Assembly (NCBI GenBank): GCA_023251915.1 | Contig: JAHEXW010000006.1 | Location: 1,489-65,488 of the forward strand | DNA: 64,000 nucleotides | From: Actinomycetes bacterium | GTDB taxonomy: Bacteria; Actinomycetota; JAHEXW01 | Direction: 5' to 3' | Part shown: positions 24,852-34,785 of the stretch, one piece after another | Numbering within the stretch: position 1 is the stretch's first letter | How the letters are laid out: the number at the start of each line of letters is the position of its first letter | Made by a program: the position numbers and the translations under genes | The notes under the pieces: model-generated | The model's input: the letters and a program-made list of their open reading frames with translations, nothing else | Told to the model about the DNA's origin: nothing | Database searches by the model: none

Positions 24852-26182
24852 TCGGCGGCCCTCCTGGCCTCGGTCCGGTTCTCTTTCGAGCGAAAGCGCA
24901 GCTTAACGGGGCAACCGATAAAGTCAAAGTTCTCCCGCAGGCGGTTCTCGACCTGTTTTTTGTAGTTTCTGGTAACCGCCTTGGGGTCAAGGCGAGACGT
25001 GGTAAAAAAGATGAGCGTAGGCGGTTCGGCTTTTACCTGCGTGCCGTACATGATGCGGAATGATTTGCCCTGAACGTGGCCCTCCAGCGGCCCCGCGTTG
25101 TCCTCGACGAACCTGTTTAAGTCGGCCGTCGGAATACGATCGCGATAGGCGGCAATGACCTGGTCGACAAGCTTGAACAGCTTATCCAAGCCGCGCCCGG
25201 TCAAGGCAGAAGCCGTTATGAACGGCGCGTAATCGACGAAACGCAACTTATATTTCATGTCCATCAGGCGTTGTTCGGCCACTTCCCCGTCCACCAAATC
25301 CCACTTGTTGAGGATGATGATGCACGCGCGGCCGCGTTTTTCGATAGCGGCCGCCACCCTCTGGTCCTGGTCGGTGACGCCCTCTTCGGCATCGATAACC
25401 AGCAACGCGATGTCGCAGCGCTCCAGGGCCTCCATGACGCGGATCGAACTATAGTACTCGACGTCGTCGGTTACCTTCGCCTTCCGGCGCAATCCGGCCG
25501 TATCGACGACTACATACTTGCGGTCCTCATAGACTATCGTTGAATCAATGCTGTCGCGCGTGGTTCCGGCCATATCACTGACAATCGCCCGGTCGGCGTT
25601 GTTCAACTTGTTCAGCAGGCTGGATTTGCCCACGTTCGGGCGTCCCACGATTGCCAAACGCGCGGCCGGTTCCTCTTCGACGCGCTCGTCGACCGGCAAC
25701 GCGTTGACAACGACATCCAAAACGTCACCGATACCGATGCCGTGGATGGCAGACACGCTGAAAGGATCACCCAGCCCGAGCTTGTAGAATATGCTTTCGT
25801 GCGGCGGTTGGGCGGGGTTGTCCCACTTATTAACGACCAGTACAACCGGTTTCTCCGTGCGCCGCAATATATCGGCGACATCTTCATCGGGGCCGATCAG
25901 TCCAGTCACGGCGTCGACCACAAAGATGATGGCGTCGGCCTCCCGGATAGCGAACAGAGCTTGTGCCCTTATATCGCGCGTCAGATTCTGGCTTTCGTCA
26001 AAGTCTAGCCCGCCCGTGTCGACCAGAGTAAAATTCTTGCCGGCCCAATCGGCCGGCAGATATTTGCGGTCACGCGTTACGCCCGGTGTTTCCTGCACGA
26101 TCGTCTCGCGTCGTCCTATGATGCGATTGATCAGCGTTGATTTTCCTACATTAGGCCGTCCAACAACGGCGACAAGTGCCAT
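24848..26182 (-). CDS. der: Ribosome biogenesis GTPase Der (EngA)
   Basis: Two tandem GTPase domains (GRPNVGKSTL twice) plus a C-terminal KH-like domain. Confidence 0.9.
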   Translation of the reverse strand: MALVAVVGRPNVGKSTLINRIIGRRETIVQETPGVTRDRKYLPADWAGKNFTLVDTGGLDFDESQNLTRDIRAQALFAIREADAIIFVVDAVTGLIGPDEDVADILRRTEKPVVLVVNKWDNPAQPPHESIFYKLGLGDPFSVSAIHGIGIGDVLDVVVNALPVDERVEEEPAARLAIVGRPNVGKSSLLNKLNNADRAIVSDMAGTTRDSIDSTIVYEDRKYVVVDTAGLRRKAKVTDDVEYYSSIRVMEALERCDIALLVIDAEEGVTDQDQRVAAAIEKRGRACIIILNKWDLVDGEVAEQRLMDMKYKLRFVDYAPFITASALTGRGLDKLFKLVDQVIAAYRDRIPTADLNRFVEDNAGPLEGHVQGKSFRIMYGTQVKAEPPTLIFFTTSRLDPKAVTRNYKKQVENRLRENFDFIGCPVKLRFRSKENRTEARRAAE

Positions 26183-26207
26183 CTTAAGGGATTCCTTTCG
26201 TTTGCGG

Positions 26208-27089
26208 TTAGCTGACTATTTCCAGCGCGTCGATAACGTCGCGCAGAATATCGGGAGACGTGGACGCACCTGTGGTAACGCCAACAACGTTGCCGGGTGC
26301 GAACCAATCGTTTTGTATCTCACCCGCGGTCTCGATGTGATGCGTGGGTGTCCCCGCCTCGCGGCACATCTGCGCCAGGCGGGACGTGTTGGCGCTGTTC
26401 TTGCCGCCGACTACCAACATCACGTCGACATTGTCCGTAAGCTCCAGCGCGTCCGTTTGACGTCTCGCCGTAGCGTTGCAGATGGTATTGAACACTTTCA
26501 GCTCGGCGACCTGCGTCGACAACGCCCCGGCAACTGCCTGCAGCTTCTCGGCCGATTGGGTCGTTTGGGTCACTAAACCTATCTTCCGCTCCCGCAGGGG
26601 AATCAAGCGCAGGTCTTCCGGCTGCTCGATGACCAACGCATGGCCGCCTGCATGCCCCATGATGCCCAGAACTTCCGGATGGTCTTTCTCGCCCAGAATG
26701 ACGACGAAGTATCCCTCCGCGGCCATCTCGGCCGCCCGCTTTTGGGCTTTCTTGACGAACGGACAGGTAGCATCGATGACGATGATGTCCCGCTCCTGCG
26801 CCTCTTGGATGACCGACGGCGGCACGCCGTGCGACCTGATGATTACGGTACCGGCGCCTATTGTATCCAGGCTGTCGGTCGCGGCAATGCCTTTGGAGCG
26901 CAGTGACTCGACGACCTGCGGATTATGAATAATGGGCCCCAGGGTATAGATCGGCTTACGCCCTGATTCAGCGGCTGACCCGGCCATATCCAAGGCTCGT
27001 TTGACGCCGTAACAGTATCCTACCTGGCGGGCCACCTTGATTTTTAGCTGCTTTCCGGACAAAAGTAACGCTCCGTTCGATTGAGACAA
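26208..27089 (-). CDS. ispH: 4-hydroxy-3-methylbut-2-enyl diphosphate reductase IspH (LytB)
   Basis: IspH motifs GYCYGVKRA, IHNPQVV, and three conserved Cys regions. Confidence 0.9.
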   Translation of the reverse strand: MSQSNGALLLSGKQLKIKVARQVGYCYGVKRALDMAGSAAESGRKPIYTLGPIIHNPQVVESLRSKGIAATDSLDTIGAGTVIIRSHGVPPSVIQEAQERDIIVIDATCPFVKKAQKRAAEMAAEGYFVVILGEKDHPEVLGIMGHAGGHALVIEQPEDLRLIPLRERKIGLVTQTTQSAEKLQAVAGALSTQVAELKVFNTICNATARRQTDALELTDNVDVMLVVGGKNSANTSRLAQMCREAGTPTHHIETAGEIQNDWFAPGNVVGVTTGASTSPDILRDVIDALEIVS

Positions 27090-27134
27090 TATACACCAAT
27101 TCTAACAGCTCGAAGCGTTTGTCGGGTCAGGCCC

Positions 27135-28055
27135 TTAGAATGTTCCAACCATCGCGTTGTAAATGTTGATGGCCGCGGGCCCCAAGAGGATGACCATCAA
27201 GGCTGGGAATATGCACAAAACCAGCGGAAACACGATTTTCACCGGGCTCTTCATGGCCGCTTCTTCCGCGCGCTGACGCCGCTTGAGGCGCATTTCGCGG
27301 GCCTGGACGCGCAAGACCTTGCCGATGCTGATGCCGAAAACGTCGGCCTGCAACATGGCGATGATGAATGAGTCGAGTTCCATGACGGCCGTGCGCTCCC
27401 CCAGATTTCTGAATGCCTGAGCCCGAGGCGTGCCCAGGCGGATCTCCTGCAGCATCCGGAAGAACTCGTCCGCCAGCGGCCCCTTTGTGTTCGCGACCAC
27501 GCGGGTAAGCGCGGAGTCAAAGCCCAGGCCGGCTTCCACGGAGATGGTCAGCAGATCCAGCGTGTCCGGCAACGCGATTCGAATCGCCCGCTTGCGATCG
27601 GTTATGCGACCGCGCAGCCACAAGTCGGGCAGGAAGAAAGCGGCACCTGTGGCCAGGGCGCCCAGTACGATAGCCGACAGCCGGTTCGAGGAAAAGACAA
27701 TAGAGACGAGGGCGCCGACGCCTACGATAATCGACGACGCGGCCTTGATGGCCATAAACCTATCGATATCGAGTCCGACCGGCCGACCAGCCAACACCAG
27801 CCTATGCTTTACGCCCTTGACCAGGCCTTGCGGACTAATCCGTTTGGCCGTGGTGCTAAGCATCGCGATTGCCGGCTTGACGACCCTGTCAACGAAAGGT
27901 AACGCGAGTTCTTGGCCGGTGACGGTTGGCGCGGGCGCCGCTGTTTGCTGGCCGTCACCGGACGCAGGCCGTCTCGCGGTAGCAAACATGCCGAGCGCCA
28001 GGAACAGGCAAGCGAAAGCGGCAAATAGCACAGCGGCAATGATTACTACAGACAT
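27135..28055 (-). CDS. tadC: TadC-like pilus assembly protein (T2SS F domain), locus 2
   Basis: T2SSF domain (LPDTLDLLTISVEAGLGFDSAL). Last gene of the flp-tad operon order. Confidence 0.8.
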   Translation of the reverse strand: MSVVIIAAVLFAAFACLFLALGMFATARRPASGDGQQTAAPAPTVTGQELALPFVDRVVKPAIAMLSTTAKRISPQGLVKGVKHRLVLAGRPVGLDIDRFMAIKAASSIIVGVGALVSIVFSSNRLSAIVLGALATGAAFFLPDLWLRGRITDRKRAIRIALPDTLDLLTISVEAGLGFDSALTRVVANTKGPLADEFFRMLQEIRLGTPRAQAFRNLGERTAVMELDSFIIAMLQADVFGISIGKVLRVQAREMRLKRRQRAEEAAMKSPVKIVFPLVLCIFPALMVILLGPAAINIYNAMVGTF

Positions 28056-28068
28056 TTATTACCCCTCC

Positions 28069-30012
28069 TTAGACGTCGATCGAAATTATCTTCTTTAGCC
28101 AAACAATCCCGATGATCATTAAGACGGCAGCCGTGCCTAGCATGGCCAACCCCGCGCTGCTGCTAAACAGAGCTCCCAGATAGCCGGGATTCACAAACAT
28201 CATGATGCCGCCCAACGCGAACGGCAGGATTATCAATATCGCTGCCGACAGCCGGCCTTCGCCCGTCAACGCGCTGATCTGGCGCGCGACTTGATCGCGC
28301 TGACGGACTGTGTCCGCCAATATCGCCAGGATTTCGGCCAGGTTGCCGCCGACTTCCCTTTGGGTCTTAACAGCCATTACCGTCCAATCAACGTTAACGC
28401 TGTTGATGCGTGCGGCCATCTGGTCTAAGGCCTGCTCGATAGGAGCTCCCAGCCTGGTTTCGGCCACCAGGCGCTGAAACTCGGTCTTAATCGGAGGCGA
28501 CGTCTCCTGCGCGGTGGTGTCAACTGCCTGCAGAAAGCTGTAACCGGCTTTTAACGCCCCGGCCAACAGTTCCAGCGTATCGGGCAACTGCTCGTGAAAT
28601 TGGGCCGCGCGGCGGCGCCTCTTAAACTTGATAAATAAGAACGGAACAAGCGACGCGCCCGCTACGGCGACGACCCGCCAAAACCAGCCCGGTAAGATAA
28701 GAGACAGCAAGAATCCGGCGCCTATAGTAAAAGTGATGTGCAACAGCACAAACTCCGAGGCGCGCAGCGGCAGACCGGCCCGCTCCAATTCAGTTTGCAG
28801 CTCCGCGGCGAATCCCCCGCGTTCAGCTACCACCGACGATGCGCCCACCAGGCGATTGACAACCGGTCGGTCAGGCAAAACGCCAGCGCGCTCGTTAGCG
28901 GTCGATCCCGCCGGGGCGGCCCCCTCGCCGTAGAAACCGAGCTGATCGCCAAGTATGCTCTTTCGGCGCACCAGGCTCAGTATCACCCACGCGACTAGTG
29001 TCCAGAAGATAAAGATGACTCCGGCGATAAGCGGAATAAACCACGGCTTGTCGGCCACGGACACAGGAGACGCTTCCGGTTTTGGTGCCGTCCGGACGGG
29101 CATCGGTGAGATGAATGCGCTGGTCTGCGTCAGAGAGCCAACCGTCGTCCTAGCGTTGATTTCTACTTTGATATTTCGTTCGTTGCTCTGGCTTGAATAG
29201 GTCACCCGGTATTGGTTGTGCAGCTCTCGACTCAGGCCGCTATAGACTGACGTAAGCATCTGGGAGTCTGCAGCCAGCGAATACCGGCCTTGCGTGCGGC
29301 CGGCAATGTCTTTAAGCGGTCCATCGTTGAAGTCAGGGGTGCTCAAACCGACAGCGTAGACCGCGGCCTTTTGCGCGTTCGCGGCCTGGATGACTTGGTC
29401 GGGCGGGTGTCCGCTGATCGTGTCCGCGCCGTCCGAGAGCACAACGATGTTTGGCTGGCTCAGTTTCGCCCGCGCCGTCGCGTCCAGCGCCATCGACAAC
29501 GCGTCGTAAAGCGCCGTATCGCCGTCGGCGTTTATGCGGTTCAAAGCGTCATATAGCGCGTTCTTGTCAGAGGTGAAATCGGCCGCTAAAACAGGCGCAC
29601 TGCTGAATGAGATTATCGCCAAGCGATCGCCCGTCCTCATTCCGTCAATGAAAATCCGGGCGGCGTCTTTGGCGTCGAACAGGGGCTTCCCTTTCATACT
29701 GCCGCTGGCGTCCAGAACCATGACGATTCCGAGGTTTCGTTGTTCCAGATTCAGCGGTTCCACCCGAAAGCTGTCCACCGGCTTGCCGCTCTCCCTTAAG
29801 CCAAAGTCTTTCGCGGTGAGGACCGTCGAGGCGGCCTCCGCCGGCAAGCTAACCGTCAGGCTTACCTTTGGATACCCTTTGATGTCCAGGTCCCTGATAA
29901 CAAGAGACGCATCACCGGCGTGCACCGCGGTTCCCGGCAATGACACCAGGGCAACCACGGCCGCGCAGAGGATCGTTATCGCGTGTTGCCAGCTCCTCGG
30001 CAGGATCTTCAA
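28069..30012 (-). CDS. Signal peptide + von Willebrand factor A domain fused to TadB-like T2SS F domain
   Basis: N-terminal signal. vWA MIDAS-type motif IVMVLDASGSMKG...DGDTALYDAL. Then TM segments and a C-terminal TadB-like domain (LPDTLELLAGALKAGYSFLQAV). 647 aa. Confidence 0.75.
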   Translation of the reverse strand: MKILPRSWQHAITILCAAVVALVSLPGTAVHAGDASLVIRDLDIKGYPKVSLTVSLPAEAASTVLTAKDFGLRESGKPVDSFRVEPLNLEQRNLGIVMVLDASGSMKGKPLFDAKDAARIFIDGMRTGDRLAIISFSSAPVLAADFTSDKNALYDALNRINADGDTALYDALSMALDATARAKLSQPNIVVLSDGADTISGHPPDQVIQAANAQKAAVYAVGLSTPDFNDGPLKDIAGRTQGRYSLAADSQMLTSVYSGLSRELHNQYRVTYSSQSNERNIKVEINARTTVGSLTQTSAFISPMPVRTAPKPEASPVSVADKPWFIPLIAGVIFIFWTLVAWVILSLVRRKSILGDQLGFYGEGAAPAGSTANERAGVLPDRPVVNRLVGASSVVAERGGFAAELQTELERAGLPLRASEFVLLHITFTIGAGFLLSLILPGWFWRVVAVAGASLVPFLFIKFKRRRRAAQFHEQLPDTLELLAGALKAGYSFLQAVDTTAQETSPPIKTEFQRLVAETRLGAPIEQALDQMAARINSVNVDWTVMAVKTQREVGGNLAEILAILADTVRQRDQVARQISALTGEGRLSAAILIILPFALGGIMMFVNPGYLGALFSSSAGLAMLGTAAVLMIIGIVWLKKIISIDV

Positions 30013-30014
30013 GG

Positions 30015-31361
30015 CTAACCCCTCGCTTCGAATCTAATTACGTCGGGAGGCACGGTAACTCCCATGTCCTGTAACTTGTTTAGGAAATTCGGCCTGATCC
30101 CCGTCGATTTGATTTCTCCCTTGAATCTACCAGTGTCGTCCAGGCCGGCCGAGAAATCATACAGGAAGATATCTTGAAGAGTGATAACGTCGGATTCCAT
30201 TCCCTGGACCTCAGTAATATGGGTCACCCGGCGCGTCCCGTCCCGAAAGCGAGCCTCGTGAATTATCACGTCGATGGCGGACGCGACTTGCTCGCGCACG
30301 GCCCGGATGGGCAACTCCATGCCCGACATCAGCACCATTGTCTCGAGACGGGACAAAACATCGCGCGGCGAATTCGCGTGAACGGTGGTCAGTGAGCCAT
30401 CGTGGCCCGTGTTCATCGCTTGCAGCATGTCCAACGTCTCCCCGCCGCGGACCTCCCCGACGACGATCCGGTCGGGACGCATCCGTAATGAGTTGCGAAC
30501 TAGATCTCGGATTGTCACCTGGCCCTTGCCTTCGATGTTCTGGGGACGCGACTCGAGCTGAATGACGTGGTCCTGGCGAAGCTGCAGCTCGACTGAGTCT
30601 TCGATTGTGATGATACGCTCGTTTGATGGGATAAAGGAAGACAACACGTTCAACAGGGTCGTCTTGCCTGAACCGGTGCCGCCCGAGATTACGACGTTCA
30701 GACGGCCGCGTACGCAAGCCTCCAGAAACGACGCGATGCCTGGCGTCAGCGTCCCAAACTTGATCAGGTCGTTAACGCTGAATGGATCGGCTGAGAACTT
30801 TCTAATGGTAAGCTTGGCGCCGTTGATGGCCAGCGGCGGCACGATGGCGTTGACTCGCGAGCCGTCCGGCAGCCGGGCGTCGACCATCGGGGCGCTCTCG
30901 TCGATTCGCCGGCCGACCTCTCCGACTATTTTTTCGATGACGCGGCGCAGATGTGTTTCGTCAAAGAACTGGGCCGTTGTCGGAAAGACCTTGCCGCCCC
31001 GTTCTATATATATTGTCTTGGCGTTATTAACCATTACCTCTGTGACCGTCGGGTCGTTTAAGAACTCTTCCAACGGTCCGTACCCCAGGACGTCGTGCTT
31101 TATCTGGTCGGCCAGATGCTCCTTTTCCTCAGCGGTCAGGATCGTGGCCTCGGTTCGAACCAGCTCGTTTAGCTTCTGGGTTACCTTAACCTCAAGCGAC
31201 TCGCCTTCTCGACGTGATTGATAAAGATTGGGCCCGAGGTCTTCGATTAATGCCTTGTGTATCTGCTGGGCGACCTCGTCCAATAACATCTGGCGAGTTT
31301 GCCTCCCGGTTTCTTCCCGATCGTCGTTTTCGATTCTTGCCAGTCTCTCACTCAATGACAT
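30015..31361 (-). CDS. cpaF: CpaF/TadA secretion ATPase, locus 2
   Basis: Walker [14 protein letters not shown], His box HANS, VirB11/CpaF family. Confidence 0.9.
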   Translation of the reverse strand: MSLSERLARIENDDREETGRQTRQMLLDEVAQQIHKALIEDLGPNLYQSRREGESLEVKVTQKLNELVRTEATILTAEEKEHLADQIKHDVLGYGPLEEFLNDPTVTEVMVNNAKTIYIERGGKVFPTTAQFFDETHLRRVIEKIVGEVGRRIDESAPMVDARLPDGSRVNAIVPPLAINGAKLTIRKFSADPFSVNDLIKFGTLTPGIASFLEACVRGRLNVVISGGTGSGKTTLLNVLSSFIPSNERIITIEDSVELQLRQDHVIQLESRPQNIEGKGQVTIRDLVRNSLRMRPDRIVVGEVRGGETLDMLQAMNTGHDGSLTTVHANSPRDVLSRLETMVLMSGMELPIRAVREQVASAIDVIIHEARFRDGTRRVTHITEVQGMESDVITLQDIFLYDFSAGLDDTGRFKGEIKSTGIRPNFLNKLQDMGVTVPPDVIRFEARG

Positions 31362-31380
31362 GAGTCCACGCCCCCCTGCT

Positions 31381-32163
31381 CTACGCGACCCTGATTGTTT
31401 TGTCGATGTCCAGCGCCGCGAGGATGGTTTCAGTCAGACTGATCAAGCTGCGCGCCGCAGGCGAACGGCGTCCCACCATAACGACCGGGGAGCCTTGGTT
31501 GATCGATAGAGGAACTTTGCGGTCGCTTGGAATGGTCAGAAGGGCTGTCTTGCACAATGAATCCTCGATTTCCTGCCGGTTCAGGCCGACTTCGTCGTCA
31601 GCTTTGTTGATAACCAGCGCGATCTTATCGTCGGAGAACTGCAACGAACGCAAGGTCTCCAGGCATAACTTGACGTTTTTGACGCTGGGTACGTCCATCG
31701 TAGCCACCAGAACGGCCAAGTCGGTTTCGTCCAACAGGCTCAAAACGTGGTCGTTGAACGACGCCGGCGTATCCGCGACTACGATGTCGGCGGCGCCTCG
31801 CATGGCATCGATGACGTTCCTTATGTGTTTGGCACTGATCGAGTCAGCCAGCTCCGGCCGCAGCGGCGCCAGCATGACTTTCAGGCCCGACCGGTGCGGC
31901 GTTAAGAATTGGTCGATTGTGGTGTCGGTTAATTCGTCCGAGACCGGCAGGCTGTCGTAGATAGTCATTTCCGGTCTCAACCCCAACATCACGCCGATGT
32001 CTCCGAACTGCAGGTCGAGGTCAACCAGGGCGACGCGCTTGCCGGTCGTCCGGGCCATTTGTGTGGCTAGGTTACTGGATATCATTGACTTCCCCACCCC
32101 GCCTTTCGTGGAGAACACCGTTATGACTTTTCCCCTATCGATTTCGCTGTCAATGCTGGACAT
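31381..32163 (-). CDS. cpaE: CpaE-like ParA/MinD-family ATPase (no receiver domain)
   Basis: Deviant Walker A VFSTKGGVGKSMIS. Position between cpaB and cpaF. Confidence 0.8.
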   Translation of the reverse strand: MSSIDSEIDRGKVITVFSTKGGVGKSMISSNLATQMARTTGKRVALVDLDLQFGDIGVMLGLRPEMTIYDSLPVSDELTDTTIDQFLTPHRSGLKVMLAPLRPELADSISAKHIRNVIDAMRGAADIVVADTPASFNDHVLSLLDETDLAVLVATMDVPSVKNVKLCLETLRSLQFSDDKIALVINKADDEVGLNRQEIEDSLCKTALLTIPSDRKVPLSINQGSPVVMVGRRSPAARSLISLTETILAALDIDKTIRVA

Positions 32164-32172
32164 GACTGCTCC

Positions 32173-32889
32173 TTAGCGGAATATCGTATCGATTGTGCGG
32201 CCCGGACCTGCCGTAGGAGGCCCGGATCCCGCGGGTTCCAGGGTCAGCCAGATGTGGCCTTTATCTACGGCAAAGACAAGTTTCTCGGAATCGGCAGGGC
32301 TTAGCGCTAGAGTCACAGTTTTCTTCTGCGTGCCGCCGCTTTGGCCTAGACCTGTCTTTTGGGCGCCGTTGAAGGCGGCTAAGACTTCAATGTTCGGCAA
32401 CAGAACGTGCGTTGTATCGACGCCGCCCGGTCCCGGCGAGAATGTCGCCACGACAGACACACGATCCCCGGCGGCCACTTCTCCGCCGACGCCGGTAGCT
32501 TCATCAACAATGATTGTCGCCGCGACCAGACCCTTCGGTACCCGGAAACTTAAGCCAGCGCCGCCGGCCGGCCGGACTTTCTGGTCTGTTACCTGCTCTC
32601 CTTTGGCCAGCGCCACCGTTAATACCTCTTGATCTATGCCACGAGTATCCGTAATGGCGCCATTGACCATGAAGCGCCGCGGCACCTGCGTGAAACTAGC
32701 GAGGTCTTGATTCAGCATCTCCGCCACAGACGTTCCGGGAGTGACTGTCTTGTTCGCGACCAGGACCCGTACGTTTTGATTCCCTTGGACAACTTCTGAA
32801 CGCAGGCTCTGCAGGTAGATGAGGCTCCCGCCTGTCGCGATGATCGCCAGAACGATTGCCGTCAAAATCAGTATGATCCTTGTCTTCAT
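32173..32889 (-). CDS. cpaB: CpaB/RcpC-like protein (SAF domain), locus 2
   Basis: N-terminal TM anchor plus SAF-like domain. Colinear with the locus-1 CpaB. Confidence 0.75.
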   Translation of the reverse strand: MKTRIILILTAIVLAIIATGGSLIYLQSLRSEVVQGNQNVRVLVANKTVTPGTSVAEMLNQDLASFTQVPRRFMVNGAITDTRGIDQEVLTVALAKGEQVTDQKVRPAGGAGLSFRVPKGLVAATIIVDEATGVGGEVAAGDRVSVVATFSPGPGGVDTTHVLLPNIEVLAAFNGAQKTGLGQSGGTQKKTVTLALSPADSEKLVFAVDKGHIWLTLEPAGSGPPTAGPGRTIDTIFR

Positions 32890-32898
32890 TTTGTCCTC

Positions 32899-33831
32899 CT
32901 AGTTGACGAGCCAGACAGTTGTAATGCCAAAGTCAACGCCCGGACTACCGTGGGATCCGGCGCTCGCAACCAACCGCCCGTTCGTAAAGTAGCCGCTAAC
33001 TACCTTAGGAGAACCGTTGAAATTAAAGCCGGTAATGACGAATTCCGCGAAGCCGACCACGTGGTATTCGCCGTTCGCCCCCGAGTGTTCCGTCGAATCA
33101 AAGACCGGTATGACGACGTTGGGGTCGGTCGCGATCCGCTCTTTCATGGCTGATTTCAGAGTCGCTTTGACGCCCGTGCCGTTGGCGACGGAGCCAACGG
33201 ACACCTCGCCTTGATAGCCATTGACTATCCAGTCGGCAAACTTAGGACTGCCGCCGCCTCCCGGATCGTAATCGCATAGCCAGAAATATCCCCCTTGCCC
33301 GCCGCCTCCCGTGGGCCGGTCGTCGCCGAGCGTGAAACTAAAGTTGTTGGCCGGACCTAAATGTGACGGAACAAAGAGTGCGGGAACAATGAACGGAGCC
33401 AGATTAGATGTCGAAGTGGCAGGGCCGTAACACGCCGTCGCTTGCGCCGCCAGCGACGCCTTCTTGTTACCGAACGAGCGGGCGAAGAAAAGATCGCGGC
33501 TGGTCCCCGCGCTGACCGTTACTTGCTTTGGCGATGGGAACGTTACCGTAACTGCAACGCCCGGGACATCAGAGTTACTCGCGACGTAATCTCGCGCCGC
33601 GGACTCCGCGCTTTCCGGCCGGCCCTCGGCGAGTTCTTGCGCCGCCGCCAAGGCCGCTGCGTCAACTGCGGTGCTCAGCTGGCGGCGCTCTTGATAGAGC
33701 ATCCCTGCGTCGATGGCTAGCGCGGCGACTGCCAATAGCGCGCCCAGGACAACGACTATGATAACCGTAACCGCGCCGCGTTCATCACCAATTTTTGTCA
33801 AGGCTGATCCTCGCGCCCGCAGGGTTCTCAT
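32899..33831 (-). CDS. tadG: TadG-like pilus assembly protein
   Basis: N-terminal GAVTVIIVVVLGALLAVAALAIDAGMLYQERRQLSTAVDAAALAAAQELA is a Tad_N/TadG-type segment. Gly-rich beta C-terminus. Confidence 0.6.
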   Translation of the reverse strand: MRTLRARGSALTKIGDERGAVTVIIVVVLGALLAVAALAIDAGMLYQERRQLSTAVDAAALAAAQELAEGRPESAESAARDYVASNSDVPGVAVTVTFPSPKQVTVSAGTSRDLFFARSFGNKKASLAAQATACYGPATSTSNLAPFIVPALFVPSHLGPANNFSFTLGDDRPTGGGGQGGYFWLCDYDPGGGGSPKFADWIVNGYQGEVSVGSVANGTGVKATLKSAMKERIATDPNVVIPVFDSTEHSGANGEYHVVGFAEFVITGFNFNGSPKVVSGYFTNGRLVASAGSHGSPGVDFGITTVWLVN

Positions 33832-34211
33832 TAGTATTCAATCCTCATGCCCGCTTGGCTGGAAATCGGCACAGACACGATTCCCCAAAACGGGATATCT
33901 ATCCGTTTGGTATAGGTAACGGTAACGACAGCTTCTTCTCCGTGCGCATTACCGTGTGGAAAGCTGAGTGAAACCGAATCGGGTACGACCGGATAGGCGC
34001 GTTCGCGCACGACTCCGTCGCTGTATCTGTCAACGGCCGCCAGCCGCGCGCCTTCGCGCGCCGCGTGCGTTATCGAAATGTAATTGCTGTACGCCATGCC
34101 AAGTTGGATGATGCCGGTGAGTAGCATAACTAATACGGGCAAGAGCAGCGCGAATTCAACCGAACTGGCTCCTTCCGTCCCTTTTAGAATACTGATGATT
34201 TTCTTTGGCAT
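33831..34211 (-). CDS. tadE: TadE-like protein, locus 2
   Basis: GASSVEFALLLPVLVMLLTGIIQLGMAYSNYISITHAAREGARLAA matches the TadE N-terminal motif. Confidence 0.7.
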   Translation of the reverse strand: MPKKIISILKGTEGASSVEFALLLPVLVMLLTGIIQLGMAYSNYISITHAAREGARLAAVDRYSDGVVRERAYPVVPDSVSLSFPHGNAHGEEAVVTVTYTKRIDIPFWGIVSVPISSQAGMRIEY

Positions 34212-34307
34212 GATTGGCTCATTTCCTTCGTCGTCTTTCGGAGCCCCGCCATCAATGTTTGGATCAGCGAGGCTCCGACGGACTTGTCACCGTTGTCATC
34301 TAAGACA

Positions 34308-34478
34308 TTAACCGCCCAATGAGGCGGCGATTCTCTGAAACATCGCTGCCAATTGAGAGCCGAGCAATGTAACCGCCGCGATGATGACTACCGCGACTAA
34401 CGCGACCATGACCCCGTATTCGACGGCGGTCGCACCGTCTTCGTTCTTGGTAAGCATTTCGTAGATTCTGTAGAACAT
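34308..34478 (-). CDS. flp: Flp-family type IVb pilin (second copy; not in ORF track, under 60 aa)
   Basis: Manual translation gives MFYRIYEMLTKNEDG|ATAVEYGVMVALVAVVIIAAVTLLGSQLAAMFQRIAASLGG*. RBS GGGAGG upstream. Canonical Flp G|ATAVEYG motif. Confidence 0.7.
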   Translation of the reverse strand: MFYRIYEMLTKNEDGATAVEYGVMVALVAVVIIAAVTLLGSQLAAMFQRIAASLGG

Positions 34479-34492
34479 TTTTTGTTCCTCCC

Positions 34493-34660
34493 TTAGCTAA
34501 TTGCAGCGACAACCCTCGTAAACATCGCCACGAGATTCTGACCGAGAAGTGTTACGGCGGCGATTATAACCACCGCGATCAACGCGACCATGACTCCATA
34601 TTCGACTGCGGTCGCGCCTGTCTCGTCTTGCACCAGCCAGTTACGAATCTTTTCCAACAT
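34493..34660 (-). CDS. flp: Flp-family type IVb pilin (first copy of locus 2)
   Basis: MLEKIRNWLVQDETG|ATAVEYGVMVALIAVVIIAAVTLLGQNLVAMFTRVVAAIS. RBS GGAGGGGGG upstream. ORF-track 34493..34768 is an N-terminally over-extended version. Confidence 0.75.
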   Translation of the reverse strand: MLEKIRNWLVQDETGATAVEYGVMVALIAVVIIAAVTLLGQNLVAMFTRVVAAIS

Positions 34661-34785
34661 TGTGCCCCCCTCCTTTCTTGAAATTGATTTGTGTTTGCGG
34701 CAATAAAAAAGCCGCTCCCTGACGGGAGGGCCATGTGGAGTGCTTAAGTTGACTTGCTGTCGTTTCACCAGCTAGAATATACGCA

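Noticed and set aside
25791-26576. 261-aa plus-strand ORF antisense to der/ispH
   Set aside because: Overlaps two highly conserved genes. Composition is low-complexity Ser/Arg/Ala-rich. A spurious high-GC antisense ORF.
34300-34512. 70-aa ORF-track entry (MSLQLAKGG...)
   Set aside because: Wrong frame. The same DNA encodes a canonical Flp pilin in another minus-strand frame (34308-34478).
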